A stretch of 64,000 bases of DNA from Octopus sinensis (Eukaryota). The notes under the pieces are model-generated. The model ran no database searches, was not told the origin of the DNA, and saw only the letters and a list, made by a program, of their open reading frames with translations. The DNA lies in contig NC_043002.1 in the NCBI RefSeq assembly GCF_006345805.1, positions 30,318,001 through 30,382,000 of the forward strand. Direction: 5' to 3'. Positions 26,471 through 40,010 of this stretch are shown piece by piece (position 1 is the stretch's first letter; each line of letters starts with the position of its first letter). The translations under genes were made by a program, and so were the position numbers.

Positions 26471-26499
26471 CATGTACACACACACATACATATACAAAC

Positions 26500-26545
<46 letters not shown>

Positions 26546-26814
26546 GTTTGTATATGTATGTATATGTTTTCATATACATACACGTAGTCGTAGGCGCATT
26601 TGTTATATATAAACCACTCTATCATAGATTAAAAACGTTTTTAATTATAGACCAACAATTGCCGGCAATTAGAGAATCAGTGAAGACACCAATCAAATCA
26701 CGATAGTAAGCGAGATACACATATGTCCATTTATCTATCCGTCTCACCGATAGTCTATCTATCTGTATATATTCCTGTCTCTCACCCTATTTGTGTGCTC
26801 ATTTCTCTGTCTGT

Positions 26815-26842
26815 CTATCTATCTATCTATCGATCGATCGAC

Positions 26843-26918
<76 letters not shown>

Positions 26919-27000
26919 ATATCTATCTATCTATCTATCTATCTATCTACCTACCTACCTACCTACCTATGTACCTACCTACCTATGCACCTACCTATCC
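26815..27000. repeat. (TATC)n/(TACC)n microsatellite
   Basis: Direct. Confidence 0.9.
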
Positions 27001-27280
27001 ACGTATATACCTATCAATCTGGCTAGCTTGCTGGTTCGCTGGCAGATTATCTATCGATCGCTCAATCTATATGTATATCTGTTTTTCTGCTAATCTGTCT
27101 ATATATCAGTTTATTTGTACATGCATTATAAAACTAACAATTTATCTATCTGTCTGATTTTCCATGTATGTATATATGTCTGTATGTATATATATATACA
27201 TGTATGCAAGTATGTATGTATGTATGTATGCATGTATGTATGTATGTATCTATCTATCTATCTATCTATCAATCTATCTA

Positions 27281-27311
<31 letters not shown>

Positions 27312-27328
27312 CTGTCTGTCTATCTGTT

Positions 27329-27361
<33 letters not shown>

Positions 27362-27377
27362 AAATGTATAATATTAT

Positions 27378-27412
<35 letters not shown>

Positions 27413-27413
<1 letters not shown>

Positions 27414-27580
27414 GGAGAAAGAATTCACAAAAAAAAAACAAAAGACGAGGACAGGTGTTGTAGACAACAAACATATGTAGTAGTATAACGCTCGGGAAGT
27501 GAAAAAGTCTTTAACGTTTCGAGCATACGCTCTTCCAGAGAAAGGAACACGAAAGAAACAAGGAGAGAAAATAAAGAATA
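27413..27580 (-). mobile_element. Short element with minimal HHR-like motif (core mutated)
   Basis: Minus strand 27544-27509 reads CTTT-CTCTGGAA-GAGC-GTAT-GCTC-GAAAC-GTT-AAAG (stem I CTTT/AAAG); homologous to 6884-7013; (TA)n on both sides. Confidence 0.7.
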
Positions 27581-27787
27581 TATATATATGTCTATATATC
27601 TATCTCTCTGTTTGTTTATCTTGATACCTTTATATATATTATATATTATATATATATATATATATTATATATATTATATATATTATATATAATATATATA
27701 TATATAAATATATATATCTTTTCATGAGCTCTTTCATTCACAAATATCTCTCAGTGTATGTTCAGCTATCTCTGCCTCCTTCTCTTG

Positions 27788-27831
<44 letters not shown>

Positions 27832-28750
27832 ATCTACCTCTCTATCTTTCTTTCTTCACAAACCCATACTCAGAAGCATATATTCTTCTATTCCAGCTAT
27901 CCTTCTTTTTAGTCATTTATCACTATCCTCTTTTAACTTGCATACATCTCTTCGGTTAATCACAAATATAAGTTGTATTCCCAAATGTAACGATCTGACT
28001 GCACTAAGGCTGATGTATATACTAAACAAAAGCTTGTACACTTACACACATACACACACATACACACACAAACAAACGCATACAAAAACAGACACACGTG
28101 TCCACACAAATTAACATATCTACAACAATAAACAGTCACAGACACATACAGACTTATTCCGTCGCGCACTCATTCGCGCACATGCGCACACATGCACACA
28201 CACAATCACATACACAATTACTCATTAACAACCATTTATACACACACTGGTATCACTTCATTGTTTCTACGCATCTTCATCTCTATGTCTATCTCTCCTC
28301 CCGTTTGTAATATTATTCATATATACAAACATACGTATTTTTGCATACATATATGTATGTATGTATGCATGTATGTATATATGTATATAAGTAGGAATGT
28401 GTGTGTGTGTGTGTGTGTGTGCGTGTGTATGCATGAATGTAGGTATGTGTATATGTTTTCATGTATGAATGTATATATATATATGCATGTATATATGCAT
28501 GCATGTGCGTATGTATGTATATGTGTATGTATGTGTATTTATGTGTGCATACGCTTCTAAATAAACATGTTTATACAAACATACATATACATATAGCGAT
28601 ACATGTATGCATACATATATGCATACAAATGTACACACATTCATAAATACATTCATCTATATGTGTATAGTCTATCAATGTACCTTTAGCCACACTAGGA
28701 GTATATATATATATATATATGTGTGTGTATATATATATACACATAAACAT

Positions 28751-28785
<35 letters not shown>

Positions 28786-31269
28786 GATATATATATATAT
28801 ACATAAACACATACGCACGCACAGAATCATTGAAACCAACGTACATACACACAAGTTGCAAAGATTCATGTTTGCATAAATTCATACATACAAACTTATG
28901 CAGTGTATACATACATAGATGCATACACATATAAAAATGCATAAATACATAGAATTAACTGCTGCATACATACGTACGTATATTGTTATATGCCTATCAA
29001 GAGTCCTCTATCTCACAAAGTTACTGATACATAAAAATGAAACATCTCTGTCTTTGGGCTACAAAACTACAAGCCTTCATAACCACGGGGAGAAATTCAG
29101 CTTCCGACAAACTGCAAACGCCTTAATGAATAATGGCCGCAGCCAAACAAACTGTCCGCCAGATAAAATCTTGGTCGCAGACCACATGACCTGCGCCGAA
29201 GCTATCTCACTTAGCACTGAGGTCTTATATATGTGAGAACGAGCAGTCTCTTGTGAAACAATTGGAACATTAGCAAGTCGGTTTGCACAGGCGTATAGAC
29301 ATATTCATCATAATTTAGCTTTGTGAATATTAAAAGCAATGCAGTTAGCTGTATGAGAGGATAACCTCAGGTAATAAATCGACAAGTTATGTTATTATTC
29401 GGTAGGGGGCGCTTATTTAAAGTATACATTTAGGTGTTGTGTATGTGCGTCAGTGTATGTGTGTGTATGTGCATCTTCGTGTGTGTGTTGTGTGTGTGTG
29501 TGTTGAGAGTGTGTATATATGTCTATATATATGTAGTGGTCGTGTGTATATAGGATTATAATGTGCTTGTGGTTCTAGAAGAAAGATTATGTATATATAT
29601 ATGTTCATCTGTGCATATGCATATATGTATACATATATACATTACACATATTCATGATTATTTATGCATACATACATGCGCTTGTACACTGCAAGATGTT
29701 CGGACAATAAAACAACCTCTCTCTTTTTCTTATCTGTCTCTCCTTCTATCTATGTCTCTATATACATATATGTATTTATAAATATACACAAACATATACA
29801 CGTATGTGTGTGTGTGAATGTGTGTTTGAGTGTGTGTGTGTGTGTATGTATGTGTGTGAATGTGTATGTGTGTGTGTGTGTTACATTATTTTATCTTACA
29901 TCTTGCACAGAGAGATAATCTATTATCTGTTCTCTTGAGATTTCAAAGATTTCGGTATTTTCCGTCACTTTCACTCGCACCGTACTCGGCAATTCCATCA
30001 GGAATTATTAGGTCTATATGGGCCTACACTGCGATACACGTTCCCTCTCGTCATTATGTAGACACCATACTGAGCTCGTCCCACATATATCCTAAACAAC
30101 CATACAACAATTATTTTATTTTACTACTTAGCATCCTTCTTTCCTCTGCGCTTTCGTATTTCTCTCAAACACATTTGCAGCATCCTTGACGAAACATTTT
30201 CAGCTTCCGTCTTATGGTTCAAATATCTGCTGTTACGATCCAAACAAGTAGTATCATAGGGTGGATCTAGCCACAAACCCAGAACACCCGTCCACAACTG
30301 AAAGCACCGCACACTGCTTTCCTCTTGACTTACGCGATGCCTTATTGCAAAAAATTTTCGGGTTGCCACCCCCTTGACACCCAGGCCATATTCCTAGCGC
30401 CCACTCCCTAGCTAACTACCACAAGCATAGACCTCTTTCTGAAGCAAATTCAAAGGAACTGTATTTCACAAACAAAACTTAATCTAATGAACCCATTATT
30501 TTGTTGCTTATGCATGAATCGCTACCCCATTATCGCCCCTCTTTTCTTCAACACCCCCTTAGAACTTTCCACCGCCCCCAGAGGATATACCACCAACTTT
30601 ACGAACCACTGCCTTATGTCATGGGTACACATGGTAATTTGCCCGAGTTCCCCAGAGATCAAGGGGTCCATTTGTAATCAATGTATACTGTAGCTGGTTG
30701 TCAATGAATAACTACAGTAAGCCTAAGAGCATTGACTTGCACAGGGGCCTATAATGCTGCAAAGTTACAGTTTTTAGTTCATTCACATTTGGAGTTATTT
30801 CTTCCATAATTTTGTTACATATTGTCTCACGAAATTGCCGTCAACTCGACAAAATAAAACGTTTTTTCATCAAATAAAACCATGCCATAAACTTAAACCA
30901 CGAAGTATTTACTTAAACATGTTTTGGTGACACAAGCACTTTCTCCGAATCGGTCTGTACCTACAAGTCATTATCACCCTTTACAAGTCTGGCTTTTGAA
31001 TATTTACTGTTTACAGTATTGTATTGTCCTTTCTCGTCGCCCTTGTGAAAACTCCAGGATTTAACTTCGTGTTGATATTCATCTCATTGAGACTGTTTTA
31101 AAAATGAAATGGTTATGTTCTTCTGTCGAAACGATCTTTTATAAAGTAACAATAGATTTATACTCCTACATGTAAATTTATTGTTCAGATGAAGGCGAAT
31201 ACTTCATGTGTAATTTTATCGTTCGAAATGTGTATATTCTAATGTAAAAAGATAACTATACTCCTTATA

Positions 31270-31410
31270 GGTTGTAGATATGTATTCCTTCTGAAGAAGA
31301 GCGTAAGCTCGAAACGTTAAAAACTTTTTCAATTTTCCTGAACGTCAAACAGTTACACGCTACTTATTTGCTTTTTTAACCTAGCATACGACTTTTTTGA
31401 AATATATATA
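31270..31410 (+). mobile_element. Short HHR element, third copy
   Basis: The sequence after the motif (TTTTTCAATTTTCCTGAACG) matches the other copies, and the element ends in TATATATA. Confidence 0.6.
31287..31322 (+). ncRNA. Minimal type I hammerhead motif with intact core
   Basis: CTGAAGA (31291-31297), extra A, GAGC-GTAA-GCTC stem II, GAAAC-GTT with palindromic AACGTT stem III; stem I is weak (TT/AA) in this copy. Confidence 0.6.
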
Positions 31411-31420
31411 TATTTATTTT

Positions 31421-31690
31421 TAGTCATTGGACTGTGACCATGTGGCACCGCCTTGAATGCTTTAGTCCAACAAATCGACCATGATGCTTATTTTTACGTC
31501 TGGTTCATATTCTTTCAGTCCTTGTTGTCAAACTGCTGAATTAAGGTGGTTTGAAGAAACCAACACCACTCATCAAGCGGTGGTACGAAACAAGCACAAA
31601 CAGAAATACACACACGCACACGCGCGAGCATGCATGTAGATGCTCACGCACAATCAGACAACGAGCTTCTTTCCGTTTCCGTCTACCATA
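31421..31690 (-). mobile_element. SINE family A, 3' part, decayed
   Basis: TCATTGGACTGTGACCATG...CAAATCGACC...GCTTCTTTCCGTTTCCGTCTACCA. Confidence 0.75.
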
Positions 31691-32154
31691 TAAACGTTCT
31701 GCTAATCAATTATTTCAAATTTAACATGGTTGGTCTATGTAGATACCATTCTCCTATGTAGATACCATTCTCCTGTACTTTGCTAGAACTCGGACTATGA
31801 AGGAGCAGGAAGATAGCTATGGTAATATATACGCCAAACTTCTCATAAGAATTCAAAACGTCTCATGGTATGAGAACAAGACCAAAGCAGAGATTTATGG
31901 TCATAGTTTAGCCATTTCTATTGTTATTGTTACTTCCCCGCCTTCGGCCATGACAGAGGCTACTTAACCGTATTAATATTACTAGCAGAGATGTAAGACA
32001 TGAAAGTGAGAACATAACAAAGCTAAAAGTGGACAGAAAATATAGATGCTTAGCGTAGCATTGTTCGATGCAGTTTATTGCGACTGTATGAATATGAGGA
32101 TGATTATATAACTGACCAGTTTTTCTGCACCTGCTTAGTGTTTGAATAACCAAA

Positions 32155-32230
32155 ACGTTGCAGGGAAGGAGAAAAATTAGCCGTTTCGGGGAAGGATCCT
32201 TCGTCAGAAATGTTAAAGGAAAGAAACAAC
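32155..32230 (-). ncRNA. Degenerate minimal HHR motif in a related short element
   Basis: Minus strand reads CTGACGA-A-GG-ATCCTTCC-CC-GAAAC-GGC; the downstream TTTTTCTCCTTCCCTGCAACG resembles the 27.5 kb and 31.3 kb copies. Confidence 0.4.
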
Positions 32231-33194
32231 AGATTTTGTGGATAGCAATGCTTTCATATCAAAATCAGTATCTAAAGATTTTGGCATAGTGTATCTAAGA
32301 CAACATAATCCTAACTGTTATTTTTTTTTCCCTGATACCTGTAAATGCTTTTGAAGTTGATTTAGCTTCCATATTTAGTAATTCATTACAATATGCCGTC
32401 GTTGAGGGTTTGAAATATGTATGCGAAAATCATAAAAACAACGATTATTGAAAAATTTTCTCCCCCAAAATATGAGAAATGGCAGGTACAGGGGGTAGAA
32501 ATAGAAGGAGAGAGAAAAGAAGGCAGAATGGGACGGAGAAAGAGGGGTAAGGTGAAAGGAGAAATAGGGGTAAAGTAAAAGGAGAAACAGAGGAAACTGC
32601 AAAGTAAAGCGTGAGTGACCGAAATCACTAAATGAGGAAGGAGTGACACTGAAATAAGAGAAGAAAGAAACCAAAGAACGAAAGAAAGAGAAGAAAGAGT
32701 AAACTGTAAGAAGAGGGCAACAGTGAAAGAAGTTGTGTATAAGAAGGGAGTGAAATATAATGGGTGTATATAGTCAAGGATGGAAAACAGCTTATGACAT
32801 GTTGTATGTCTCAGAGGAATATCATAATGATAAACAATCATGCAGACTATAACCGCACAGCTGATGGCCTTACACCTATACACATATACACACGCACAAA
32901 CATACACACACACACACACGCACACACACACACACACACACATACACACACAGAATCATAGCGACACAAACAGGCACACACACACATATACCCACATGCA
33001 CACACAAACATTTAAAGCTCATAACGATATGTGTGCCAAAACTGCGATATAGATAGATAGATAGTTAGACTTATAAGCAAAAGAAACCTTTATGATCTGT
33101 GTTACCAAATAAAATATATAGATTTTGAATAAATTACATCAGTGTCACACACACACACACACACATATATATATACATATAATATATAATATCG

Positions 33195-33225
<31 letters not shown>

Positions 33226-33339
33226 CTATATTATATATATATATATAGTATATATATGCATATGTATATCTGATTGTGTGTGTCTCTGTGTGTCTGTGTC
33301 TGTGTGTCTGCGTGTGTGGAGAGTGTTTTAAATTCTTTC

Positions 33340-33632
33340 TGCTGAACAAAACGCTGTATGTGATGATCAATGGTGTTCGATCAAGCACAGCCAAAGTCAC
33401 CAGTGGTGTCCCGCAAGTGTTAGGCCCACTCCTGTTCCTTATCTGCTTAATTGACATTATTAGGATCATTAAATACAGTAATATAAACATTTTCGCGGAT
33501 GCCTTTATGCTTCTGAAGGTTGTCGACAAAATAGGAGAGCGAACAAATCTTCAATAGGACCTAGTTGCTGTTATCCAGTGGCCGCAGAAACATAACATGC
33601 AACTGAAGGAGAACAAGTTTGAGTCAATCCAC
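33340..33632 (+). pseudogene. CR1/L2-group LINE RT fragment
   Basis: VMINGVRSSTAKVTSGVPQ--VLGPLLFLI...IFADAFMLLK...LQ*DL...W...MQLKENKF. Confidence 0.85.
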
Positions 33633-33633
33633 A

Positions 33634-33705
33634 GGGCATATGGCATAGTGGTTATGAGTGCTGGCTACTAATCCCAAGATTCTGAGTTCGAGTCCAAGCA
33701 GTGAC
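33634..33705 (+). mobile_element. tRNA-like SINE head
   Basis: TGGCATAGTGG (A box) and GAGTTCGAGTCC (B box), but no complete cloverleaf or acceptor stem. Confidence 0.55.
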
Positions 33706-33760
33706 TATATCTACATACGTATATATGTATATTTTATCTTTTATCGTTTAATTGCTTCAG

Positions 33761-34121
33761 GTGGAGGCGCAATGGTTAGCGCAGCGGACTCGCGGTCGTG
33801 GGATCCCGGTTTCGATTCTCAGACCGCTGTGAGTGTTTATCTCGCGTAAACACCTGAAGCTCCACGAAGCTCCGGCCGGGATTTGCGGCGAACCCTGCTC
33901 TTTCACCACAACTTTCTTTCTTTCTTCCTGTTTTTGTTGTACCTGTATTTCAAAGGGCCAGCCTTGTCTCAAGCTGTGTCATGCTCAATCATCCTGAGAA
34001 CTACATTAATGGTACATGAGTCTGTGGGGTGCTCAGCCCTTGCACGTTAATTTCACGAGCACGCTGTTCCGTTGATCGGGTCAACTGGAATTCTCGTCGT
34101 CGTAACCGACGGAGTGGCACG
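33761..34121 (+). mobile_element. SINE family C, full length with 11-bp TSD
   Basis: AATTGCTTCAG at 33750-33760 and 34122-34132; homologous to 5225-5555. Confidence 0.9.
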
Positions 34122-35324
34122 AATTGCTTCAGTCATTAGATTGCGTCCATGCTGGGACACCCGCCGCCCCTGAAGAACTTAAATTCAAAGAATCGACTCC
34201 AGAACTATTTTTTCCCTTTGATAAACCTGATTTTTACTCTAGTCTTCTCTTTTCACGAATCGTTAAGTTACGGGGGACCTAAACACATCAGAACCGGTAA
34301 TCGAGCAGTGGACATATACACATACGCAAATATATATGCTGAATCACAGATATATACTGCCTGTATACTGAATCACAAAGCGTTTGTACTCCACCATGAA
34401 CAGTTATACTGCATTTTTCTCTTGCCCTTATGTTTGTTCTTATATATATATTACATAACGTGTTTACTGCATATGACATCTCAAATTCTCTTTTGCTCCT
34501 CACCAGTGGCAGCCAGTTTCTTAAACACTGAAAATGTCTTCTTTCTTCTCCTCTCGTATCATATGAATCCTAAAGAAGAGCATCAGAAGCTTTGGGTACT
34601 CCACTTTCGAAGGCAATTTCAATGTAATCTTTCTGTTGCTTTTATCCAAACAATGCAAGCCTAGCCAATGCTGACTACCATCAAACTCCTGGGTTTCTGT
34701 TTAAAATCGCTTGAATATGTGCATGTGTGTGTACAGAAGCAATATATGTGTGTGAATGTGTTTGAAAGTTAAGTTCAAATCACCCTGTAGGTAACTTTGC
34801 CTTTCATGCTAACTAGATTGAAGGTGCGCTTGTCTCTGGAATACATAGCCACTTGCTGAGTTGAAGGATATATTCTTCAGTTAAGACATTAACTAAATGC
34901 TCATCAACGAAAATGACGGAGGTCATATCATCATTTATATTGAGCAGATTGAAGAAAGAGTATGTGCAGTTAGCAATATATTACTGGTTATTAGCAAAAT
35001 GAATGAAGGGCAAAGCGCAAACTTAAATCCAAACGTGATGGGATTTGAACTTTGCGCAGTGGGCCATTGACCTAAACAATTAAAAGTGCCCGACTCTCGT
35101 GTTCCTCCATTTCTGGTACCCAACACCAAAGAACTTATTCTCCACCCGCCCATTACCAATTCTGTAAGGAAATATTTTGACATATAGTTATTTACAAGAA
35201 CACACGCCGAGAAATATGTAACACAATACACATGTTATGAATATATAGATGCCTATGTATGTATATATAAAGAGAAACACACTGCCTTACAAACACACAT
35301 ATACATGCATATACATATACATAC

Positions 35325-35412
<88 letters not shown>

Positions 35413-36112
35413 AAATCATACACATATAGACACATATATATGTTTATGTTTACATTTATGCATATATAACTATATATAACTACGTATATGTGTGTGTCAA
35501 AAATGCTTATACATATATATTAACGTACATACATATATATGTATATATACATATTTATATATAAAAATGTGTGTGTGTATGTGTATGTGCATGTGTTGAG
35601 TACATACATACACACACACGTGTGTGTATATGTGTGTTCAGCATCAGTATGAATATAATTCACAAACCCATATGTATAATCTATCCATGATAGTTTTCAT
35701 ATTTATACACGTGTGTGTTGACATCTGGTTCCCTCCTCAGTGACCTGTATTTTTAATATTTTAACAACTCCGCCTCCACTTGAACTCCCGCTGTCCCTCT
35801 TCACCACCGCTGTTTCTCCCGCCCCTTTGGAAAACCTCCGTGAAATCTTACAACCCCAGTACCTGAAAATTCCCTTTACACCACCGAGCTCCACATCATA
35901 CCCCTCTTCCCAACATCCATCTCCTCCACACCCTATGTTGTCCCTTGGCTATCATCCCTACTTTACTGCTAGACCTTATTTCGACGTCACGTCACTGGTT
36001 TTCTCACTTCATATTTAAAAAATATTTATCAGAAATAAATGGCAACAAAAATATATGCGAAACTTATTTATTTTATGCCATAGAAAAAGGGAGAAAAATG
36101 GGCAAGAGAGAT

Positions 36113-36146
36113 AATGACAATGATGATGGTGGTGATGATTATGAGG

Positions 36147-36177
<31 letters not shown>

Positions 36178-36223
36178 CGACAACGCCGAAGGTGATGAGG
36201 ACTGCGACACCACCACCACCACC

Positions 36224-36299
<76 letters not shown>

Positions 36300-36500
36300 C
36301 CTTCATCATCACCAGCAACATCGTTGTCATCATCGTCTTACTCGTCGCCGTCGTCATTATTTTTGCTGTGTTCAACATCATGATCGCTGTTACTACCCTC
36401 AATATTTTCCTCGATCGTCCCAAACTCATCGTCCTCAACGCTACCACCACCACCGCCGCCGCCGCCGACACCACCACCGCCGCCACCACCACCACTATGT
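36113..36500. repeat. Compound triplet microsatellite (GAT)n-(CAC)n-(CAT)n-(CGC)n
   Basis: Direct; explains the poly-D/T/I/M/V ORFs. Confidence 0.9.
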
Positions 36501-36623
36501 GAATATGCAGAAAGTTCCCCGAAGCATGCATTTGTGTTCAAACAACAATATTAGAAATAAATCTGTAGTATGTGTATGGCTCAAATTTATGAGCTTTACA
36601 TTCACATGCTTTCTGGAAAGTAT

Positions 36624-36968
36624 AGGGGAGGCGACCAGACGGAATCATCAGCACGCTTAGTGGTATTTCGTCTGCCGTTACGTTCTGAGTTCAAATTCCG
36701 CCGAGGTCAACTTTGCCTTTCATCCTTTCGAGGTCGATTAAAGAAGTACCAGTTACGCATTGGGGTCAATATAATCGTCTTAATCCGTTTGTCTATTCTT
36801 GTTTGTCCTCTCTGTGCTTAGCCTCTTGTGGGTAGTAAAGAAATAGGTATTTCGTCCGTGTTAAAGTTCTGAGTTCAAATACCACCGAGGTAAACGTTGA
36901 CTTTTAACGTTTTGGGTTGATAAAATAAGTACCAGTGAAGTTTTGAGGTCGATGTAATCGACTTAACT
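36624..36968 (+). mobile_element. SINE family B, unit plus second partial unit
   Basis: Junction AAAGAAATAGGTATTTCGTCCG at about 36837-36858. Confidence 0.85.
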
Positions 36969-38399
36969 ACTACTGGGTAAGTGTATAAAAATGTCATCCC
37001 TCTGCCAAGCCATGCCGAGCCAGCGTGGCAGAGTAGGCTCATCAAACCAGTATGATCTCAAGCTCAAATTCACAGCCTTCACGTCAGACCGTTGTTTGTG
37101 GAGAGAACATGCAGAGGCCTTCTTCCTGCAATAGACTGAACATAGACAATTCAATCCAAGTGGAGGATCGAATGAAACAAATATATTTTTCCTGGAGACT
37201 TCTCTGTGTATCAAATAGAGTTGTTCAACTGGAAGTCAGTGGTATTTGATAGGTTTTTTTCTACGAAACATGGACATCAGCCAGGAATTAATGAAAAGAA
37301 GGAAACGTGATAATTTGCCAGTGAGTCATGCGTAGCTCATAAGCCTAAAATGTTTAACACAGGCTCTCCAATTATCAACCACATCGAATTCCATGAGAAT
37401 CTACGATAGATGGAGGTGTACAGGAAACAATATAGTATATGTTATACATAATATCCTGAAACCAGTGCCTAGAGAAAGCTCTTGCAGCAAACAGCTCGTT
37501 GAAAGTCAACCAAGTGAAAAGATTAAGTCCTAGGATCAGATCGGAGGGATTATTATGAGAGATCAAAGCACTATTACGTTTTCTCCTGCAACTAACTGCA
37601 AAGCTTCTTGTCAAGTGTAGGATAGGAAAGAAAATCTTGACGGGCGTTTCGAACCAAAGATATTTGCAGTAATTTTCATTTATCTATTTTGATTACTTTG
37701 TTTTCTCGGTCCAGTCATAGTGTCCTTATGTTGACGTCTATATGCTTGCTGGTTTGATTCCTGGACTGGTACATCATTTCATGTTACTCTAGCTTCCTCT
37801 GCTAAAACAAATAGCAGTCGAGTGCTGAGGGAGCTTCCTCCTCTAGTTGTTACAGCTTCGATGATCCACTGGCTCGAGGGTGGGAGATATGCAAGGGTGT
37901 CTGTGTCTGCTCATGACTACTCAGACATTTAAAACAATTAGTACATCTTACCAAGTCATTCACTTGTGATTTCATAGCAATGATTTTTAGATAATGTGTT
38001 CAGTCGAGCTTAGTTCCATAAAGATGGTATATTCAAACAAACATCGTTGATGATTAAATCTGAAATATATCTTTCAAACGCCCCACCAATGAACTAACGA
38101 TATTCAGATGCTACCTTGAGAAACTGTGCATTTGATGGAGTTTCAAGAGGCAGTATCAAATCACCCGGAAGATGAATAACATCAGCTGTATCATTGTTAC
38201 TTTGTATTAGATAGCCCTGGAAGAAGGAGCTGTACCCGCAGCATTTGTGAAACTTCCGCAACAATTGTGAGACGATGAACGACAGAGGCCTTAAAAATAT
38301 CAATGTTTAATTACTGAGACAGTGTGTAATTCATAAATACAATTAAATGCTTATTAATTAGGACAATGTTAAAGGATAACTCCGACGACAATGTCCACA

Positions 38400-38419
38400 A
38401 GAACGACGACGACGATGAC

Positions 38420-38450
<31 letters not shown>

Positions 38451-38818
38451 GTGGTTATAGCAGCCGCTAGTAGTAATTGCCGTAGTAACAATTGTGGTAG
38501 TGGTGAGAGTGATAGAAGTCGGTATGAACTGTTGGTTCAGTAGTGTGATATTAATAACAATATCAACAGCAAAACGAGAAACAACAGAAATAACAAGAAT
38601 AACTTCTCCACCACCACCACCACCACCACCACCACCACCACCACACAGCTTCATCTACAATTACAACAACAACAACAACAGCAGCAGCAGCAATAGCGTC
38701 GTGTTATAAAGGTTTGAAAAAATAATTTGTATTACAAACGAGATATGATGGGAAGTTGTGACTTTCTGCTTCTCCCAAATTGAGTGACTCCAATTTGGGA
38801 ATCTCTCTGACTCTTTCT

Positions 38819-38854
<36 letters not shown>

Positions 38855-38990
38855 GTCCCCCTGTCTCTCTGTGTCGCCCTCTCTCTCTCTCTCTCTCTCT
38901 GTCACCCCCCTCTCTCACTCTCCCGTTCCTGCTGAAATAACAAGCACGACAAACAATCAACAAAATACCAACAAACAACAGCAACAATGC

Positions 38991-39086
<96 letters not shown>

Positions 39087-39120
39087 TAATAATAATAATG
39101 ATAATAATAATAATGACTAT
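38400..39120. repeat. Cluster of (GAT)n, (CCA)n, (CAA)n, (CT)n and (AAT)n microsatellites
   Basis: Direct. Confidence 0.85.
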
Positions 39121-39304
39121 AACAGCGACATTATCCGAAATCAGTTTGAGCAATAAAATTTGACTCGGGGAAAATGATATGGCGGATATAGTCATTAAGA
39201 TATTGATTTTAGCAATAACATTCTTTTGGCTGACCATAAGCGTTAGCTAGATTCTAATGATATATGAATGATAGGACACGGCTAGAGCAAGGCAAGATTA
39301 TAGA

Positions 39305-39341
<37 letters not shown>

Positions 39342-39539
39342 ATATATATATATATGTGTGTGTGCGTGTATGTATATATGTTTGTATGTATCAATGTATA
39401 TATCTATATCTATATCTATCTATCTATCTATATAAACATATATAGGGATATATATATTATATAGGTTTAGATGTGTGTGTGTGTGCGTATGTGTGTGTGT
39501 ATCCTATATATATATGTATATATCCATATATATATATAG

Positions 39540-39643
<104 letters not shown>

Positions 39644-39814
39644 ATATACAAAATCCATACATACAAATAAACCTGGTTGTGTATCATAAAAATAAGGTTT
39701 TCGATATTTTTTCTTTACTTTTTTTTATATTTTCTCTAAATGCCAGATGATTAGAAAACCAGATAACGAATGTTAACATATGAAACAGAAGTAATAATAT
39801 TAGCGATGACGATG

Positions 39815-39862
39815 AAAACGATGAAGACGACGACGATGACGACGACAAAGGTGATAACAATA

Positions 39863-39920
<58 letters not shown>

Positions 39921-39946
39921 TGGTGGTGATGATGATGATGATGATG

Positions 39947-40009
<63 letters not shown>

Positions 40010-40010
40010 G
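39815..40010. repeat. Compound (GAT)n-(GGT)n-(GAT)n-(AAT)n microsatellite
   Basis: Direct. Confidence 0.9.

Noticed and set aside
31145-31235. CAGATGAA...CGAAAT motif upstream of the short HHR element
   Set aside because: The core is mutated and the stems pair poorly; too degenerate to call.
31736-31775. 19-bp direct duplication CTATGTAGATACCATTCTC x2
   Set aside because: A simple local tandem duplication with nothing inserted between the copies.
33634-33830. tRNA genes
   Set aside because: A and B boxes are present, but there is no full cloverleaf or acceptor stem; these are SINE heads, as are the other tRNA-like segments in the window.
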